From: Thalia democratica
Taxonomy: Eukaryota
NCBI GenBank assembly: GCA_965202585.1
Contig: OZ241828.1
Location: 49,848,001 to 49,912,000, forward strand
Reading direction: 5' to 3'
Length of the DNA stretch: 64,000 bases
Shown: positions 38,701 to 51,461 of the stretch, one piece after another
Position numbering within the stretch: position 1 is the first letter of the stretch
Layout of the letters: each line of letters starts with the position of its first letter
The notes under the pieces: generated by a model
Seen by the model: only the letters and a program-made list of their open reading frames with translations
Told to the model about the DNA's origin: nothing
Databases searched by the model: none
Position numbers and translations under genes: made by a program

Positions 38701-41700
38701 TTCTAAAACTTATAGAGCACTTTTTTTTTATGTTGAAAACAAAATGTAAGCTAATATATAACTACCTTAAAAATAAAGTACACATTAATTAATAAGAAAG
38801 TTTGATTAGTTGTTAAATCAAATAAATGAAACGCGTAAATTATAAAGAAATTAATGAGTACAAAAACTCATTACTATAACTCAGGATTTTTTTTTCTATT
38901 GTAAAATTTACTATTCTTAATTATTACAAATCATAAAAATAAAAAGAAATAAAACCGCGAAAAAACGAGGTACTTTTCAAAATAACTGTAACACAAAACA
39001 TATTTCTAACATTTTATATCATAAAATAAATAACAGCTAGTAATTACGTTTAAAATATTTTAACTTTCTAGTTCTAGCATAAAGAAAAAAATTATAAGTC
39101 AATATCATACAATTAATAATCACAAAACATTTCATGTGTATAATTCCATTATGTTATGTAGAAGTAAAGTATTGAAAGTCTTAAATACTTTCAAGCCTAT
39201 ATTTAAAAAACAAAAATAAATTGACGTCATAAATTACTCAAATATTGCCACTGCAAATTGCTCAAACTAAATTGAGGTTAGTATGAGTAAACTAAACTAA
39301 AAAATAATTCAAGTACAAATTAAGGCTACATTTAACTGCTAAACTGATTGCCCTTTTCAAACTTACCAATGTTACCCGAGTCTTCACACCATCTATCAAC
39401 ATCTGACATTTTGTTTGTATATCTTCCTATATTGGACAATAAAAATGTTGAAACTTAAAAAGATCTCAATTAAATTCAACGCTTTTGCACTAAACACCAA
39501 AAATTCCAGTGTTTTTAAGATGCTTTTAATAAAATATTTTTGAATGCAGTTTTTGGTGTGTTTGTATAACTTTTCTTGAAGATTTTCAAGTTACTTTCAT
39601 AGTTTTATCTCATTTAAAAAAATGTTATCCAATATTTAAAAAAACAATACCTGTAGCAGTGAAACCATGATTCAATCTGGAGTCCATTATGACTGAGGGA
39701 GGAGGAAGACTTGACAGGCCTATTTGTGATTGCACCGCCCAATGTTCTGAACCAACTAACACTCGTTTGCTATAAAAAAAAAATTATAAATTTAAAGTAT
39801 TCTTCTTAGAAAACTAGCATTATAGGAATAAAATTAAAAACTTTTTTAAAACTTTATGTTTTTAAATTTTGCATAACTTTACAAAAAATAAAACAAAAAA
39901 GTACAGTATCTATTGAAATACAAAAATTAATTTGTTTTGTTTTCATTCAATGTTAACTTAGAGATACTAATTATTGATTAAATTATCTAAATTTAAAATT
40001 ATACAGTGCTTTTTAAAATAATGTATAACAAGAACATTAGCAAAACTTTACTTAACTTATTCTCCATTACTTAGTTAAAATATTTTTGTGTTGTGACATA
40101 ACTAATTATTTCTTCAATATTACAAAAACCTTGCAAAAGTCGGCCAACCAGAATCAAGATCGTAGCCTTTTGAGTTGAGATCGAAATACACAGTGTTGAG
40201 ATCATACAAACTCTGAATGAGCTCTGTTGCGTGGTTAGGGTTAGAAAGGACACTGTCTGGTTTCAAGTATGATTGGCCTTGCAAGAGGCAATTTTGTAAG
40301 CTATCGGCTAGTGTTTGATGAACGAGGCAGTACCTTATGAAAGCTCTCCCCCTTCCCTTTGAGGACCTTACCTGATTTAAGATAGATAATTTTTATACAA
40401 AATAATCACTTAAAGCTATGCTAAATAAAAAACTAACTGCCACTAAGCTAACAAAAAATCATACAGTGGCTACAAGCTAAAGTTTAAGTTTTTGTTGTCT
40501 TTAAAACTATAGCCTGATTAGCTTATTTCAAAAAAAACTAATTCTATCATCTAAAAATAAAACGTATCTTTTAAATTAGTTGAGCTTAACAAACAGAAAC
40601 ACATTTTGACAAATTTATAAACAATTTTATCATTTTGAACATTTTTGAAATCATTACTTTTTGTTCCTGTTTTAGAAAAATAAAAATAAAATTTACAGCA
40701 TTTTTAAACTATAAAACATTAGACAAAATAAAAATAGGACAAAACAAAATATAAATTATTCTAAAAAAATGTATATTTTTAAAGCTTAATTCTTAATTTT
40801 TAAATAATATAGTTAAGTATGCTAATCTTTAAAAAGTATATACATTTTAAAACTTTAAATATGTCAGTTTAATATAAAGTGAGTATTACTTTTGAAAAAA
40901 TATAATCCTTGTCCTAATAATTATTGATAATAGTTTTCAAATATTATAAATTTTGTTCACTTCAATAAAACAACAGTGTTATTAAACTTCGAGAAAAAAA
41001 AAGTACTTTATAGAAAATTCCGAACACTTAAAAACTAAATTAGACGATTACTTTAACATCCATGATTGTTTAGTAGTAAAATATTTTAAAAATCACTAAT
41101 TACTTAAATCTAAAATAAATCATATTTGAAGATTCTTTCAAAATTAAGTAACATTGTTCACCTCTTTATTCGCTTGAACAAACTTTAATGAGTCATTCAA
41201 ACCATTCTTTTTTCTTAGGCAAGAGTATATCCAATGCCAGTATGTTCTTTTTTGTCCAAGCAAAGACTTTTCTTTAACTCCTAAAGTGAGAACTAACTCT
41301 AATTTGGCACATAACCTATATAAATTCAATTTTTTTTAATAATTTATAGCTGAAACAGTAAAGGAAGTATAACAACACAGAAGTGTACAAAGTAAATTCA
41401 ACAAAAGGTTTTTTTCATATTTTTAATATATTTGAACATAAAAAAAGTAGGAACAAAATTAATTAAACTAAAAATAACTTTTGCGTACATAAAAAATTCA
41501 AATGTAGCTAAAATGTTTCTTATAAAGCTAACTTAATGCTTTGTTTAAAAAACTAATACAGATAACAGTTAAGTATTAAAATTGTTTTAAATGAGATTAG
41601 ATTAAAACTCATATGAAAGCATACATTCCACATAAACTGGAAATAGCATTATCCTTTTTTTAAATAAGTTTTTGTTTAACAAAGTCAAACTTTAATACAA

Positions 41701-44700
41701 ACAAATAACTTAATTTTCTTATTAGTTTGCAAGATTAAACACTTGGAATGTAATAAGATCTTTACTTAATGTAATAAATATTTTAAACTAAATAAAAATT
41801 TTAAATAATTAAATTCTATTTTAAATATTTTATTCAGTAAACAAAATGTAGTGTTAAATCTATTAACTTTTGGGAAATATTTAATAAGCTGTTTATATTA
41901 TATCAAAGCAAAGGTTATCATAGTTTTATAGGTTTTTATATAGTTTTTAAGGAGGATTATTAAGTAAGTCCTCCAATAACAACTAATATTGAGACTAGCT
42001 AGTAAAAGCTGAAGTGTTATGTTTAAGGAAAAGTAGTATATGCCAAATATTTAATAACAAAAACTTTTAAAAAAATAGTGTATCTTGAACTAAAATGAAT
42101 TAACTTTTAATACCATTTGTATACTATTTTTTAATGCATATTTTTTCTCAAATAACCAATTTTTATTTTAACTTTTTGGGTTTGTAAAAAATTCAAACTT
42201 ATCCAAATTTATTGTTTATGGCCTCAGTACTTTATTACTCATTTATTTATTCTATTTTAGAGGTTTTTTGTGTATAACTGAATTCAAATTAATAAAATCA
42301 CTGAGGTGAACAAAATTAAACTTAATCTATTGTATATACAGTGCTTATTCACTTATCCGGACTTCACTTATCCGGACGCTCACTTATCCAGACAGTTTCG
42401 GTCAGAAGAAAATTCAAATAATTTTCAATAGTAAACACAAAAATGGATTCAAAAAGTTAGGCAACTTATTAAATTCCATGAGTTTTCTGCTGAAAAAGGT
42501 GGAAAAATTATAAAACAAACGTTTATATCTAATTTAAAACATTCAATAAAAACTAGTTTGTTAGAGGAGTATTAGTTTCCGTTAAATTGACTTTAAACTT
42601 ATTCAAAGTTTCCTGTTTTCTTTCTATCTGTTTTTTATGTAAAAATATATTATTTAAAGAGATAGGTTTACATTATTTTTTGTTTTTAAAGATAAATTTA
42701 ATTTATATTTTCTTCTAAACAAAATTAATATTTTTTAAAATTAATAGTTAGGGCAGGTGGAATTAAAAGTGATGAATTTTACTTGCTTGACCCATAAAAA
42801 ATGTATAAAGTTGCAGAGGGTTAGTAAGTCTGATGTTTTTCTACCATAGAAAAAATAAATTAATTAACCTTATGTTTAGCTTTTACCATTTATCATTTTA
42901 TCATATATTACTACAATTACTATGTATTTGTTTTTACCATAACACTTTTATTATGCATTGCGTTATATGCAGCAGATTTGTTATTATATGAAAAAAAAAT
43001 TTTTTTGTAGTTATCTGGATTTTTAGTTATCCGGACATGTTTACAGAAAAATCTTGCCCAACGTGTCCGAATAAGTGAATAAGCACTGTACTATTATATT
43101 GTTTTTTGAACAATAAAAAAACGCTCAAAAAGTTTAATCTAAGGACCTGGTGTACAAAAAAAATATTTTGGTTATCAAGTGAGTTGTACACCACATGCTT
43201 TTACAATTTCTTACAAGCTAAAATAGTAATTTTTTTAATCTGAACTTTTAAACCTAAAGAAATAAAAAAAATCAATAAAATAAAAGAATAGAAAGGAACA
43301 TTAAACAAAAACTAACTAAGTTATTTATTTACTGAAAAATAGTGTTATTCATAATGTACTCAAAAACTTGTCTAACAAAACAAAAATTAAAGTACACTCA
43401 AAGCCTAAAACTTTAAAGAATAAAAAAAGAAGTAGAGAACATGTTTAGAATTAAAAAAAAATTAACTTAACTTATAAAACTAGATAAACAATACTTATAG
43501 CAGACATGAAAATACTTGAAAAATAGGTCACAACTTTTCTAAAGAAGATAAAATTGTGACAAGCTGAAATACTTTTTTTGAAATTCGTTGAATTTTATCA
43601 ATATTTTGTGCTTAAATTTTAACTTTTATTTTTTCTAGTTAATTGTAATACTTAAGAAGTTTATACTTGAATAAATAAATAAAATATATTATACAACACT
43701 TATAACTTTTTTAAGTGAGTTTAACCATAAACTCAACTTAACTTTTATAAATTTCAATATAAAAATAAGTACTGTAACATTTACACACTATGCACTTAAT
43801 GGAAAAAAAAACAATAACAACGAATAGTAGAAACAAAAAAAACTTTCTTCTATTTTTTTTTTTTTTTGAATACTTTTGTAAGCCCTAAAATTTAACTACT
43901 ATAAAGAAGCAAATAATATTTGTAAACACAAAAAAAAATCTTTTTAGATTTCTTCAGAAAATTAGATTAATCTATTACAAGTTATATACACTTTTAAAAA
44001 CAGTGAAACTCTTAAATGGTTTCATTTTATTAACATTTAAAACAAACAGAAGAAAAAACCTAATAACTTTTATTTAGGTAATAATTAAAATACATATGAA
44101 TGATATTACTTCTGTGCACAAAAACTAGTATTATAAATTTAAGCTAATCGTGTTCTTTATAAATATAAATTCAAAAAAAAGAAGTAATTGGTATAAAAAC
44201 TGCTGTAGTTACAAAAATCAGTGTACTAACCTGTGTAAACAATTATTGTCATCTGTTATAGGCTCTTTCACATTTTCATAAAACTGAACAAGACTTCTGA
44301 TGACATCTATTTAATAAAAAAATTATTAAAATTGTTTGAAGAGTATTACAATTAAAAAGAGTTAACAATTTTTTTAAAAATTTAGTTCATAAAATTATAA
44401 AAAGTAAAACAAATTTAACTACTTTGTTTTATAAACTTTGATAATAAAGCATTAATTAACTTTGAAGCTTATCTTAACTACTTTTCTTCAAACAAAAACA
44501 AATGTTAAATAACTTTATAAAACTTTGCTAAGGTATACAAAAGTCTAAATGTTAAATATAGTTTGTTTATTGTATCTCTACTTTTTTGTAATATGTATTT
44601 AAAAGTAAATAAATCAATAAGCACTATTTTTACAAAAGTAACCACTTTTACTTTAATGAGAAATTTGCATGTATGCAATTTTTTTATGTATTTTCTTCTG

Positions 44701-45028
44701 CACAAAAAATTTTGAATAATATTATTTAGAATTGGAACGCCTAAAAGTTGAAGTTATGTTAATTTTCATGCCAATCTGACACATAACCAGTTTTAAGTAT
44801 AGTTATTGCAAAACTAAAAATATAAAATATTTTTCTTATAAAAATTAACTGAAAGCTTCTTGCTTTATACCAAACAAATATTAGTTAAATGGAATATAAA
44901 CTATAAACAAGTTCAGTGCATATCATATAATATTTAACACATTAGCTAATTCTTATATTTAAACATATTTAAGTCACCTTACCTTTGATATCTCTAATTA
45001 TTTTCGGGAGCTGCTCTATTGGATTCAT
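25935..45028 (-). CDS. FYCO1: FYCO1-like protein (RUN domain, long coiled coil, GOLD domain; ~1038 aa); no FYVE exon found
   Basis: Phase-consistent 25-exon chain (minus): 45028-44983, 44306-44231, 41315-41162, 40371-40130, 39769-39651, 39426-39367, 38263-38157, 37948-37769, 37123-37002, 36563-36224, 35658-35568, 35473-35376, 33691-33507, 31655-31595, 31046-30810, 28555-28467, 28279-28216, 28152-28080, 28008-27893, 27688-27558, 27476-27376, 27088-27016, 26773-26626, 26565-26450, 26022-25935. The N-terminus MNPIEQLPKIIRDIKDVIRSLVQFYENVKEPITDDNNCLHRLCAKLELVL...YWHWIYSCL...GRGRAFIRYCLVHQTLADSLQNC...LYDLNTVYFDLNSKGYDLDSGWPTFA closely follows the FYCO1 RUN domain as I recall it (EPITDD, GRAFIRY.LVHQ.LAD.LQ, DLD..WPTFA). 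The C-terminus has a GOLD pattern (HIPLLVE...VAWKV...IGYYTLVLDNSFDKTSSKEVSYKIEI). Confidence 0.88.
29324..30280. mobile_element. TIR DNA transposon deletion derivative (CAGGGTTGCCAC termini, ~957 bp) with a frameshifted coding remnant, in a FYCO1 intron
   Basis: CAGGGTTGCCAC at 29324 and GTGGCAACCCTAG at 30268-30280; flanks GATAGT/TATAGT (5/6); TTCCTGA subterminal repeats. Minus-strand remnant ~30035-29810 reads MSAKKKRNEANKLWLDLEK...ADENDLSKMRQMVI, frameshift, FKRDADQMKETISSLDEEVEVLTKKRR. Confidence 0.75.
31883..31958. repeat. 29-bp inverted repeat with an 18-nt spacer (hairpin)
   Basis: CTTAATTCAACAAGTCCACATTTTATTTT (31883-31911) against AAAATAAAATGTGGACTTGTTGAGTTAAG (31930-31958); one mismatch. 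Confidence 0.85.
33898..34430. repeat. ~530-bp imperfect palindrome (foldback/MITE-like) in a FYCO1 intron
   Basis: Outer arms TAAAGATTCAAATGTAAATAGTC / GACTATTTACACTTGAATCTTTA; a perfect inner 17-bp pair CATTACAAAAACCGACA (34049-34065) / TGTCGGTTTTTGTAATG (34253-34269); a further pair TTATAAACATCTCG / CGAGATATTTATAA. Confidence 0.8.
34479..34573. repeat. Perfect 22-bp inverted repeat (hairpin, ~95 bp)
   Basis: TAAAGTGTACATAAGTGTAGTA (34479-34500) against TACTACACTTATGTACACTTTA (34552-34573). Confidence 0.85.
40130..45028 (-). CDS. FYCO1: RUN-domain-encoding exons of FYCO1 (first four coding exons)
   Basis: Exons 45028-44983, 44306-44231, 41315-41162 and 40371-40130 splice in phase and encode the RUN motifs listed above. 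Confidence 0.9.
42339..43088. mobile_element. Tc1/mariner (pogo/Tigger-like) MITE, 750 bp, TA target duplication
   Basis: TA|CAGTGCTTATTCACTTATCCGGAC ... GTCCGAATAAGTGAATAAGCACTG|TA; the 24-bp TIR matches 23/24, with tandem CACTTATCCGGAC subterminal motifs and no ORF. Confidence 0.9.
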
Positions 45029-45519
45029 TCAACCAGAATAAAAACAAGGGTTTAAAATACTAATAAATAATGTATGTAACCTGTTTGTAAGGTAGTATGA
45101 ATTTTACTTACTAGAAATGCTTATAGTTTTAATTACAAGTTTACATAAAAAAGCAACACATTGAAAAAAATACAACAAGAATGATTGTGAACACTTAACA
45201 ATTGTACTAGTTGTCATATATTACAAATCTTGTAAATTATCATTAATCATAACAAATAAATTTAACAAATAAATAAAATTAACATTATGATTTTTTTTTT
45301 CTTAAAATGTTATCTTGATTTCTATTTTATCTATGTTACATTAGTATTTTTCTTTTTGTTGTAAAATTCTAAACAATATATTTATCTTCTTGGAAAATAA
45401 TCTTGTCAAACTAAGACAGAATAAATAAATATAGTTTGCTTAAATATTTTTCAAGTTATAATTTTAGTTAAAGCAATACAAAAATACTATACTTAACGCA
45501 TAGAAAAGTCCACTTTTAC

Positions 45520-45856
45520 AGGAGGGTTCACTTTTACACAAAGACGTTTTTGCATGACAATAAAAAAAGTTATTAATAAATAAATATTGACAAAGGCTAA
45601 GGGATAGGAGTTAGTGATAGTAAAAAAAAAAATTAATAAAAGAATGGAAAAAAAAATTATAAAATAACAATAAATAAATATTATAAACTAGAGTAAGGGT
45701 TAGGGGTAACACAATTGTAAAAAAAATAAGAAGAAAAAAAAGTTTGCCCAAGGATAAGAAGGGTTATTAGTGATAAAAAAATATACTAGTAATGAAAAAT
45801 AAATAAAATAAAAAATTTAATCACTTCAAAAGTGTCTTTGTGCAAAAGTGTCCCTT
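45520..45856. mobile_element. Small non-autonomous element with inverted CACTTTT(A/G)CACAAAGAC arms and AGGGTTAG-like internal motifs
   Basis: GGGTTCACTTTTACACAAAGACGTTTTTG against the reverse complement of CAAAAGTGTCTTTGTGCAAAAGTGTCCC; internal AGGGATAGGAGTTAG, AAGGGTTAGGGG and AAGGGTTATTAG. Superfamily unresolved. Confidence 0.5.
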
Positions 45857-46222
45857 AATGCATTTTTTACACCTACCCATCTTAAGTATATTTATACTTT
45901 TAAAAACTTAATTTTGTTCCTTAACGTTCATTTTTTTACAATTAGTTTCTAATATAATGATCATTAAATTGTTGAAAATATTAGAGACATGTGGTAAAAT
46001 TAAGCCATTATATTGGATTTTTACAAAAATTAAGTGTAAAAATGTAGGCACATGCATTTAAACTTTGTTTACTATTTGAGGGCAGCTGTAAACAATGGGC
46101 ATTTAGCATTATTTTCAAAGTGCTTTTAGAAAAATGACAACTTCAGCTTTGTCTTTAGCGAAATACATAATAAAAAGTTTTCTGTTACGGGCTAAGGCAG
46201 CTAAGTAAGGCAATTGTTTTAG

Positions 46223-46291
46223 TAAGGGTGGGCAACGTTCGGCCTAAGGACCAGATTAGGCGGGCCAAGCATAAACTTTTGCCCACGCTTA
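46223..46291. mobile_element. 69-bp hAT-type mini-element
   Basis: TAAGGGTGGGCAA ... TTGCCCACGCTTA inverted ends (12/13) with internal CGGCC/GCGGGCC; no clear TSD. Confidence 0.45.
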
Positions 46292-46949
46292 TTTTAAATT
46301 TTTAATTACTTATGAAAACAGATAAAATTTTGCTTTGTTGTGACGAAAATTTTGTCAGTTTGGTTTTCAGTGTAAGTAATAAGTAGTCACACAACTATAT
46401 ATTATTTAGTAATTAGAAAAAATTGTATCAAGATGTTTTATTTTAAATAAGACATTTTTAAGTACAGCCGACCTAGGTTGCAAGATTTTGAACATGACGA
46501 AAGTATGTTGGCTTAGATTAATTTTTTAACATAGGATTTCAAGCGTCTTATCTCGAATTCATGAAATTTCATTTATAACAGATTTGCTTCGAAAAAAGGT
46601 TTAGAAAAAAAAAATTCAATAAAATTAAAATTAATTTATTATGGCGAGGCAAGTATGCCGCCACGCTGACTATATAATTTACCAAAAGAGTTTTAGAAGT
46701 TTATTAAGAAAAGACATTAAATTGTGTCCGTGGTGTATGATTCGATAACCAAAAGGTTTTTTTGTACACCAGGTCCTCGGACTAAACTTTTTGAGCTCTT
46801 TTTCTTTCGTGGTTTAATAAAGGTAGTTTAAGTTACTTTAATGAATAAAAAGTAATTATCAAAACTAACTATCAAAATAAAGCTGTTGTTGAAGTTGACA
46901 CACATATTCAAAAAAATATGTCTACATTAATAAAAATTTGCATTATCAC

Positions 46950-47890
46950 ACTTTTTAGATTATTTATTGAAAACTTGTCGAATTAAAATGTTCAAATTAT
47001 TTCTATTTGAAAATAGGAGGCCCAGTAAAATTAGGAGCTGTATGAAAATTTCAATAAAATAAAAAACAAATAAAAGTTTTAAGAATAAGTTTGATAGTGC
47101 TCATGATAAAACGCTTTGAAAAACTTGTACTACAAAGTAAACAACCAACATGAAAAATATAATTTATAACATGTTCTTTTTAACAATTTTTTTGGATACT
47201 GAAATTTTCATCTAAAAACTGATTAAATGTCACTAAATTAACTGGAAATAAACATTTAAAGATCGAAAATACATATAAAACCTCTTTTCACAAAACAATG
47301 TATTGTTTTTGTTGAATAAGTTACCACAGAAGGTAATCTCATTAAAAGAGAGTAAGAGAGATTTCCTTTAAAACTTTAAAATTTTGATTGAAAAGAATAT
47401 TTGTTTGTAAAATATGGTAAACACCCAAAATAAAATTTTAACAATGATAAAATACTAAATAATTAACCTACCTTTATCTCAATTACCTATGGTAGTGTTA
47501 AAAAATTACTAATAGTTGTTTTCCCCTTTGCCTCCCCTTAAAAGTATTTAATCGTTAATCAATTTAAAATTTTGTTTAAATTCTTAAACTTTTTCACAAA
47601 TTAGCTAACCTTCAAGTTTGTTTTAATCATATGTTTTATGTGTTTTAATATCATTTTAATAAAATTTATTTGTCTAAAAACGTTATGTTTGTTTTTATAT
47701 ACTAAGTTTTTTTTTTTAATTACATTAGGACATATGTTTTGTATTTATTTTATGTTGTTTTTTTACTATTTTATTTTATAATTATGCATTAATTTCGTCT
47801 TCATGTGGTTTTTGTTTGCTTAAGTAGTTCAGGCCTTAATGCCTGAGTTCAGCGTTGCACAATAAATCACAACAATAATACAATAGTATA
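46950..47890 (+). mobile_element. Probable decayed LINE 3' end related to the 1023-2267 element
   Basis: Shares motifs in the same order with the first LINE's tail (CTTTTCACAAAA(A)CAAT; TTTCC..GCCTCCCC; TCAGG..TT.ATGCCTGAGT) and ends in an ACAAT/AAT-rich tail. The 5' boundary is uncertain. Confidence 0.45.
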
Positions 47891-50380
47891 AATTCTTTAT
47901 TTACATATTTATTTATTTATTTTTGTAGTAAACTTGTAAGACTTAGAGATACTAATTAAAGAAAATAAGTATCTTTTATCTATAATGATCATCGATAAGA
48001 GTTGAAAAATACACACGAAAATACAATCAGAAGGATAAAAAAAAGATAACATTGATTGTTTTAAATGGATACGGCTTCTTTTGTAAACAGTGACTAAGTC
48101 GTGACAATGTGTTTTTGAAGAAAATAGCTTTTACATCTACCTTATTTTTTATGTTTTATGTAATTTAATTGTTTTATGAAGTCTTTTTGCGAAATATACA
48201 ATTATAGAAATATTATTTTTACATATCTACAAATTTGTTTTGCACAATAATCTTTATAGTACTATTAAGAGTGCTACTCTCATCATCAATAAACCTAGGG
48301 TAAAAACAAACCAATTTTTTTCCGAAAATAATCAATTTTCTGAGTATATAACTCATGGTTTATTTAGGATTAGAGTAACACAATTAAAAGTACTATTATT
48401 ATTACTCCTATTAGTATATTTTCAATAAGAATTCTGTGATTATTTATTTATCTGGTCACTGTTTTAAAAATCACAAAACGCTTTGACACTTTCCGGGATA
48501 GATTTTAAAATTTAATTTTAATTTCAAAAACTTTTTTCAGCGATTCACCACAAAATTAAGCTACAATACGCTTTAATTTGTGAACCAAAAATTTTATCTA
48601 AATACCATAAAAACAGTGATCGCGTTCATCAAACTGTTACAATTAGAAAATACTATCTAATTTCACAGCAAGTAAGCTGCTATAATGTTTTCGAGACCAA
48701 TTAATAATCAAATGAAAACGGTTTAACAACTTCTTAATATGAAGGTTGTCTAAATATAAGGGATAGTTTAAAAAGGTAGAGATAACTTCTTGCAACATTA
48801 TGAGTAACACCTTTATCTAAAATTTAAAACATCTAATTTGTTTCTGAAGATAGTTAAACAACTGCTGCAACTTCAAGTGGATTACAAAAAACATTACAGA
48901 AAAATCTTGTATAACTACCAATGTAAACAATAAAATAAAGAAGTTTAATTAGATATTTTAACTTTTTCTGTTTTTATTCTTGTTTCAATTTCATCGCTTC
49001 TGAAAACTAAGACCAGTAAATTTCTTACACTATGTAATAAAATATAAAGACTTTTACGTTGTCAAATGAACACTCTTGAATGATAAAACGGCAAAAATTA
49101 AATACTTAAAGTTATAGTGATCGTTAACTCTTTGGCACTGGTACTCCTAAATGTTTTAGTCTAAAAGACGAAGATTTAATAGATATAAACGAAAATTTTA
49201 AAACTTATAAAGCTTAAAATAAACATTAAAGCTTACGTAGTCTATTTTCATATTATTATTTGTTTAAGCTTACGTAATACCAAAATGTTCAAAAAAAAAA
49301 ACTATCGTAGACAAGAAAATTTCGTAGATGTCTGTAAAAATAAAGCAATTTTTTTTTGCTTCTTTAAACTTTTTATTCTTTGATGCATAATAACATATTC
49401 CAATAAGTTCTTCACTGACAAAAAATTCCTTATTACTATTTGAAATGTTTAAAACTAGTCATTTTGTTTTGACTGTCTAATTAGAATAATAATTCATATC
49501 TAAAATTTAAGTTTCGGACGAACATAAGTCTAGCTTAGAAAATAGTTCAAATAATTCTGTTTTGGTTTTTGGTGAATTATGTTGGTTTTTCAACATATTG
49601 TAGTTAATAAAAATTTTTGAAGATGATATCCATAACGCTAATAGTAACAAAATTTTGACAAACGGTAAAATACTATACTCCAAAATAAATAACAATAACG
49701 ACTTAAAAAGGTTGCATTATAAGAACTTCGATTAGTATTTTTCCAATAACTAAGCTAGTTGACCAAAACTAACTAATAATTACGACTTTTTTAAATTCAG
49801 GTACACGTACAGTAAGCAATTAGAATTAAATTATTTAAAACCGTAAATAATTTAAAAGAAAATTAAATTAAAAAAAACCTTTAAATTATACTAATAACTG
49901 TTGAAGTTTTCCGAAATAAATTTTAGACTGATATAAAAAAACTAGAGGCCTCGAAAGAAAAATAATTTTTAGCATGTATGATGGTCGGAAAGTGTTTTAA
50001 ACAAATAATTTAAAGTCTATTGACCTAAAAAAATAAACTAACTGTTTTCACGTGCTTATTATTCTTTATTGAAAAATGTTCTTAATAGTGTTTTACCACT
50101 AAGATAGTCCAAACAAGTTTTAAAAATTATATAATATAATAGTTGTTAAAAAATGCCAATGTTCATATTAGGTTTTAACTTATACTAACAATGCTTCAAC
50201 GTAAAGATTCTTAAAGAATGACTGACCAAGTATTGATATCTGCCAATGGTGTACACCATGGAGAACTTACAGTAAAATTTGCGATTATTTTTAAATTGAA
50301 ATTATAATGCAATTAGTTTATAGATGTAAATATAGTTTATTGATATACTTAAAAACATTCTGAAATTTTTGAGCATTTGA

Positions 50381-50692
50381 CAGGGTTGCCACTTGTTTTT
50401 TCCAAATTTCTTCCAGGTTTTCAAAAATACACATTTAGGGTCTATTTTTAGTTTTAAGTTAATTTTTATTTAAGAAACTGTTAAATAGTATAAAAATATT
50501 GAAAAGATACTGTAAAGTTACTTTAAATGTGAATTTTAATAAAAAAAAAAATTGATGATGACAAAAAATCTTAATATTATGATATATTTTTTGTGTCAAA
50601 TCTAAATTTTACTACTGAAAATGTTAAAATTATTTAAAATTCCAGGTTGTTTTTGCCTAAATTTTCGAATTCCAGGTAAAGTGGCAACCCTG
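50381..50692. mobile_element. 312-bp MITE, CAGGGTTGCCAC TIR, perfect 6-bp TSD ATTTGA
   Basis: ATTTGA|CAGGGTTGCCAC ... GTGGCAACCCTG|ATTTGA. Confidence 0.9.
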
Positions 50693-51128
50693 ATTTGAAC
50701 ACATTCAGTAGTTTTCAAGTACTTGATGTGACATTTTGCCACGCTTTTCAAATAACTGATTTAAGCTGAAGCGTACGAACTCTGTATTATTATAAAACCC
50801 GTATAATTAAGGAGTAAAATACTTATTGCGTTGTATAGGTAGAGGTTTTAAAACTACTGAAGTAATGTATCTACCAAGTTTTTCTTTAGATGTCATTTTA
50901 ATTTCAATTAAAAAATTAAGTTACAAGTTGAACAAATGAAGAAATTCTCACTAAAACTCATAGGTAAAATATATGTAACTGCAAATTTCTAGGGAAAACA
51001 TCTTTTTTTTGTTGTTTAAATGGTGTTAGAAAAAAACTATAAAGCTACCGATTTATAATCTACTTTAACTTAATTTTAACATATATTTATATGTCAATAT
51101 TGCTGTATTTTTTTCATCAAGATATTAA

Positions 51129-51461
51129 CAGGGTTGCCACTCGTTTTTTCAAAAGTTTTTCTAGGTTTTCCAAATATCTTCCAGGTTTTTAAAAGTACAC
51201 CTTTTTGGGTCTATTTTAAGGTAAGAAACTGTGTTAAATAGTGTAAAAACATTGAAAAGATACTGTAAAGCTACTTTAAATATGTTTAAAAAAAAAAAAA
51301 ATTTCATGATGAAAAAGTTTTTTTATTTATATGATAGATTTTTTGAGTCAAATCTGAATTTCACTACTGAACATGTGAAAATTATTAAAATTCCAGTTTT
51401 TTTTTGTCTAAATTGTCAAATTTCAGGTTTTTAAAGGTTTCCAGCTAAAGTGGCAACCCTG
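51129..51461. mobile_element. 333-bp MITE of the same family, perfect 6-bp TSD TATTAA
   Basis: TATTAA|CAGGGTTGCCAC ... GTGGCAACCCTG|TATTAA; the interior is clearly similar to 50381-50692 (e.g. AAAAGATACTGTAAAG.TACTTTAAAT). Confidence 0.9.

Noticed and set aside
40071-40253. 60-aa ORF MSFLTLTT...
   Set aside because: Out-of-frame shadow of the RUN exon 40371-40130.
45600-45770. TTAGGG-like motifs as interstitial telomere
   Set aside because: Only isolated degenerate units inside a small inverted-repeat element; no tandem array.
48240-49700. Patchy coding-looking fragments, including hydrophobic ORFs 48240-48428 (+) and 49507-49695 (-)
   Set aside because: I could not build a phase-consistent exon chain or recognise a motif. 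Hydrophobic ORFs arise readily in T-rich DNA. A small or decayed gene is not excluded; RNA-seq would decide.
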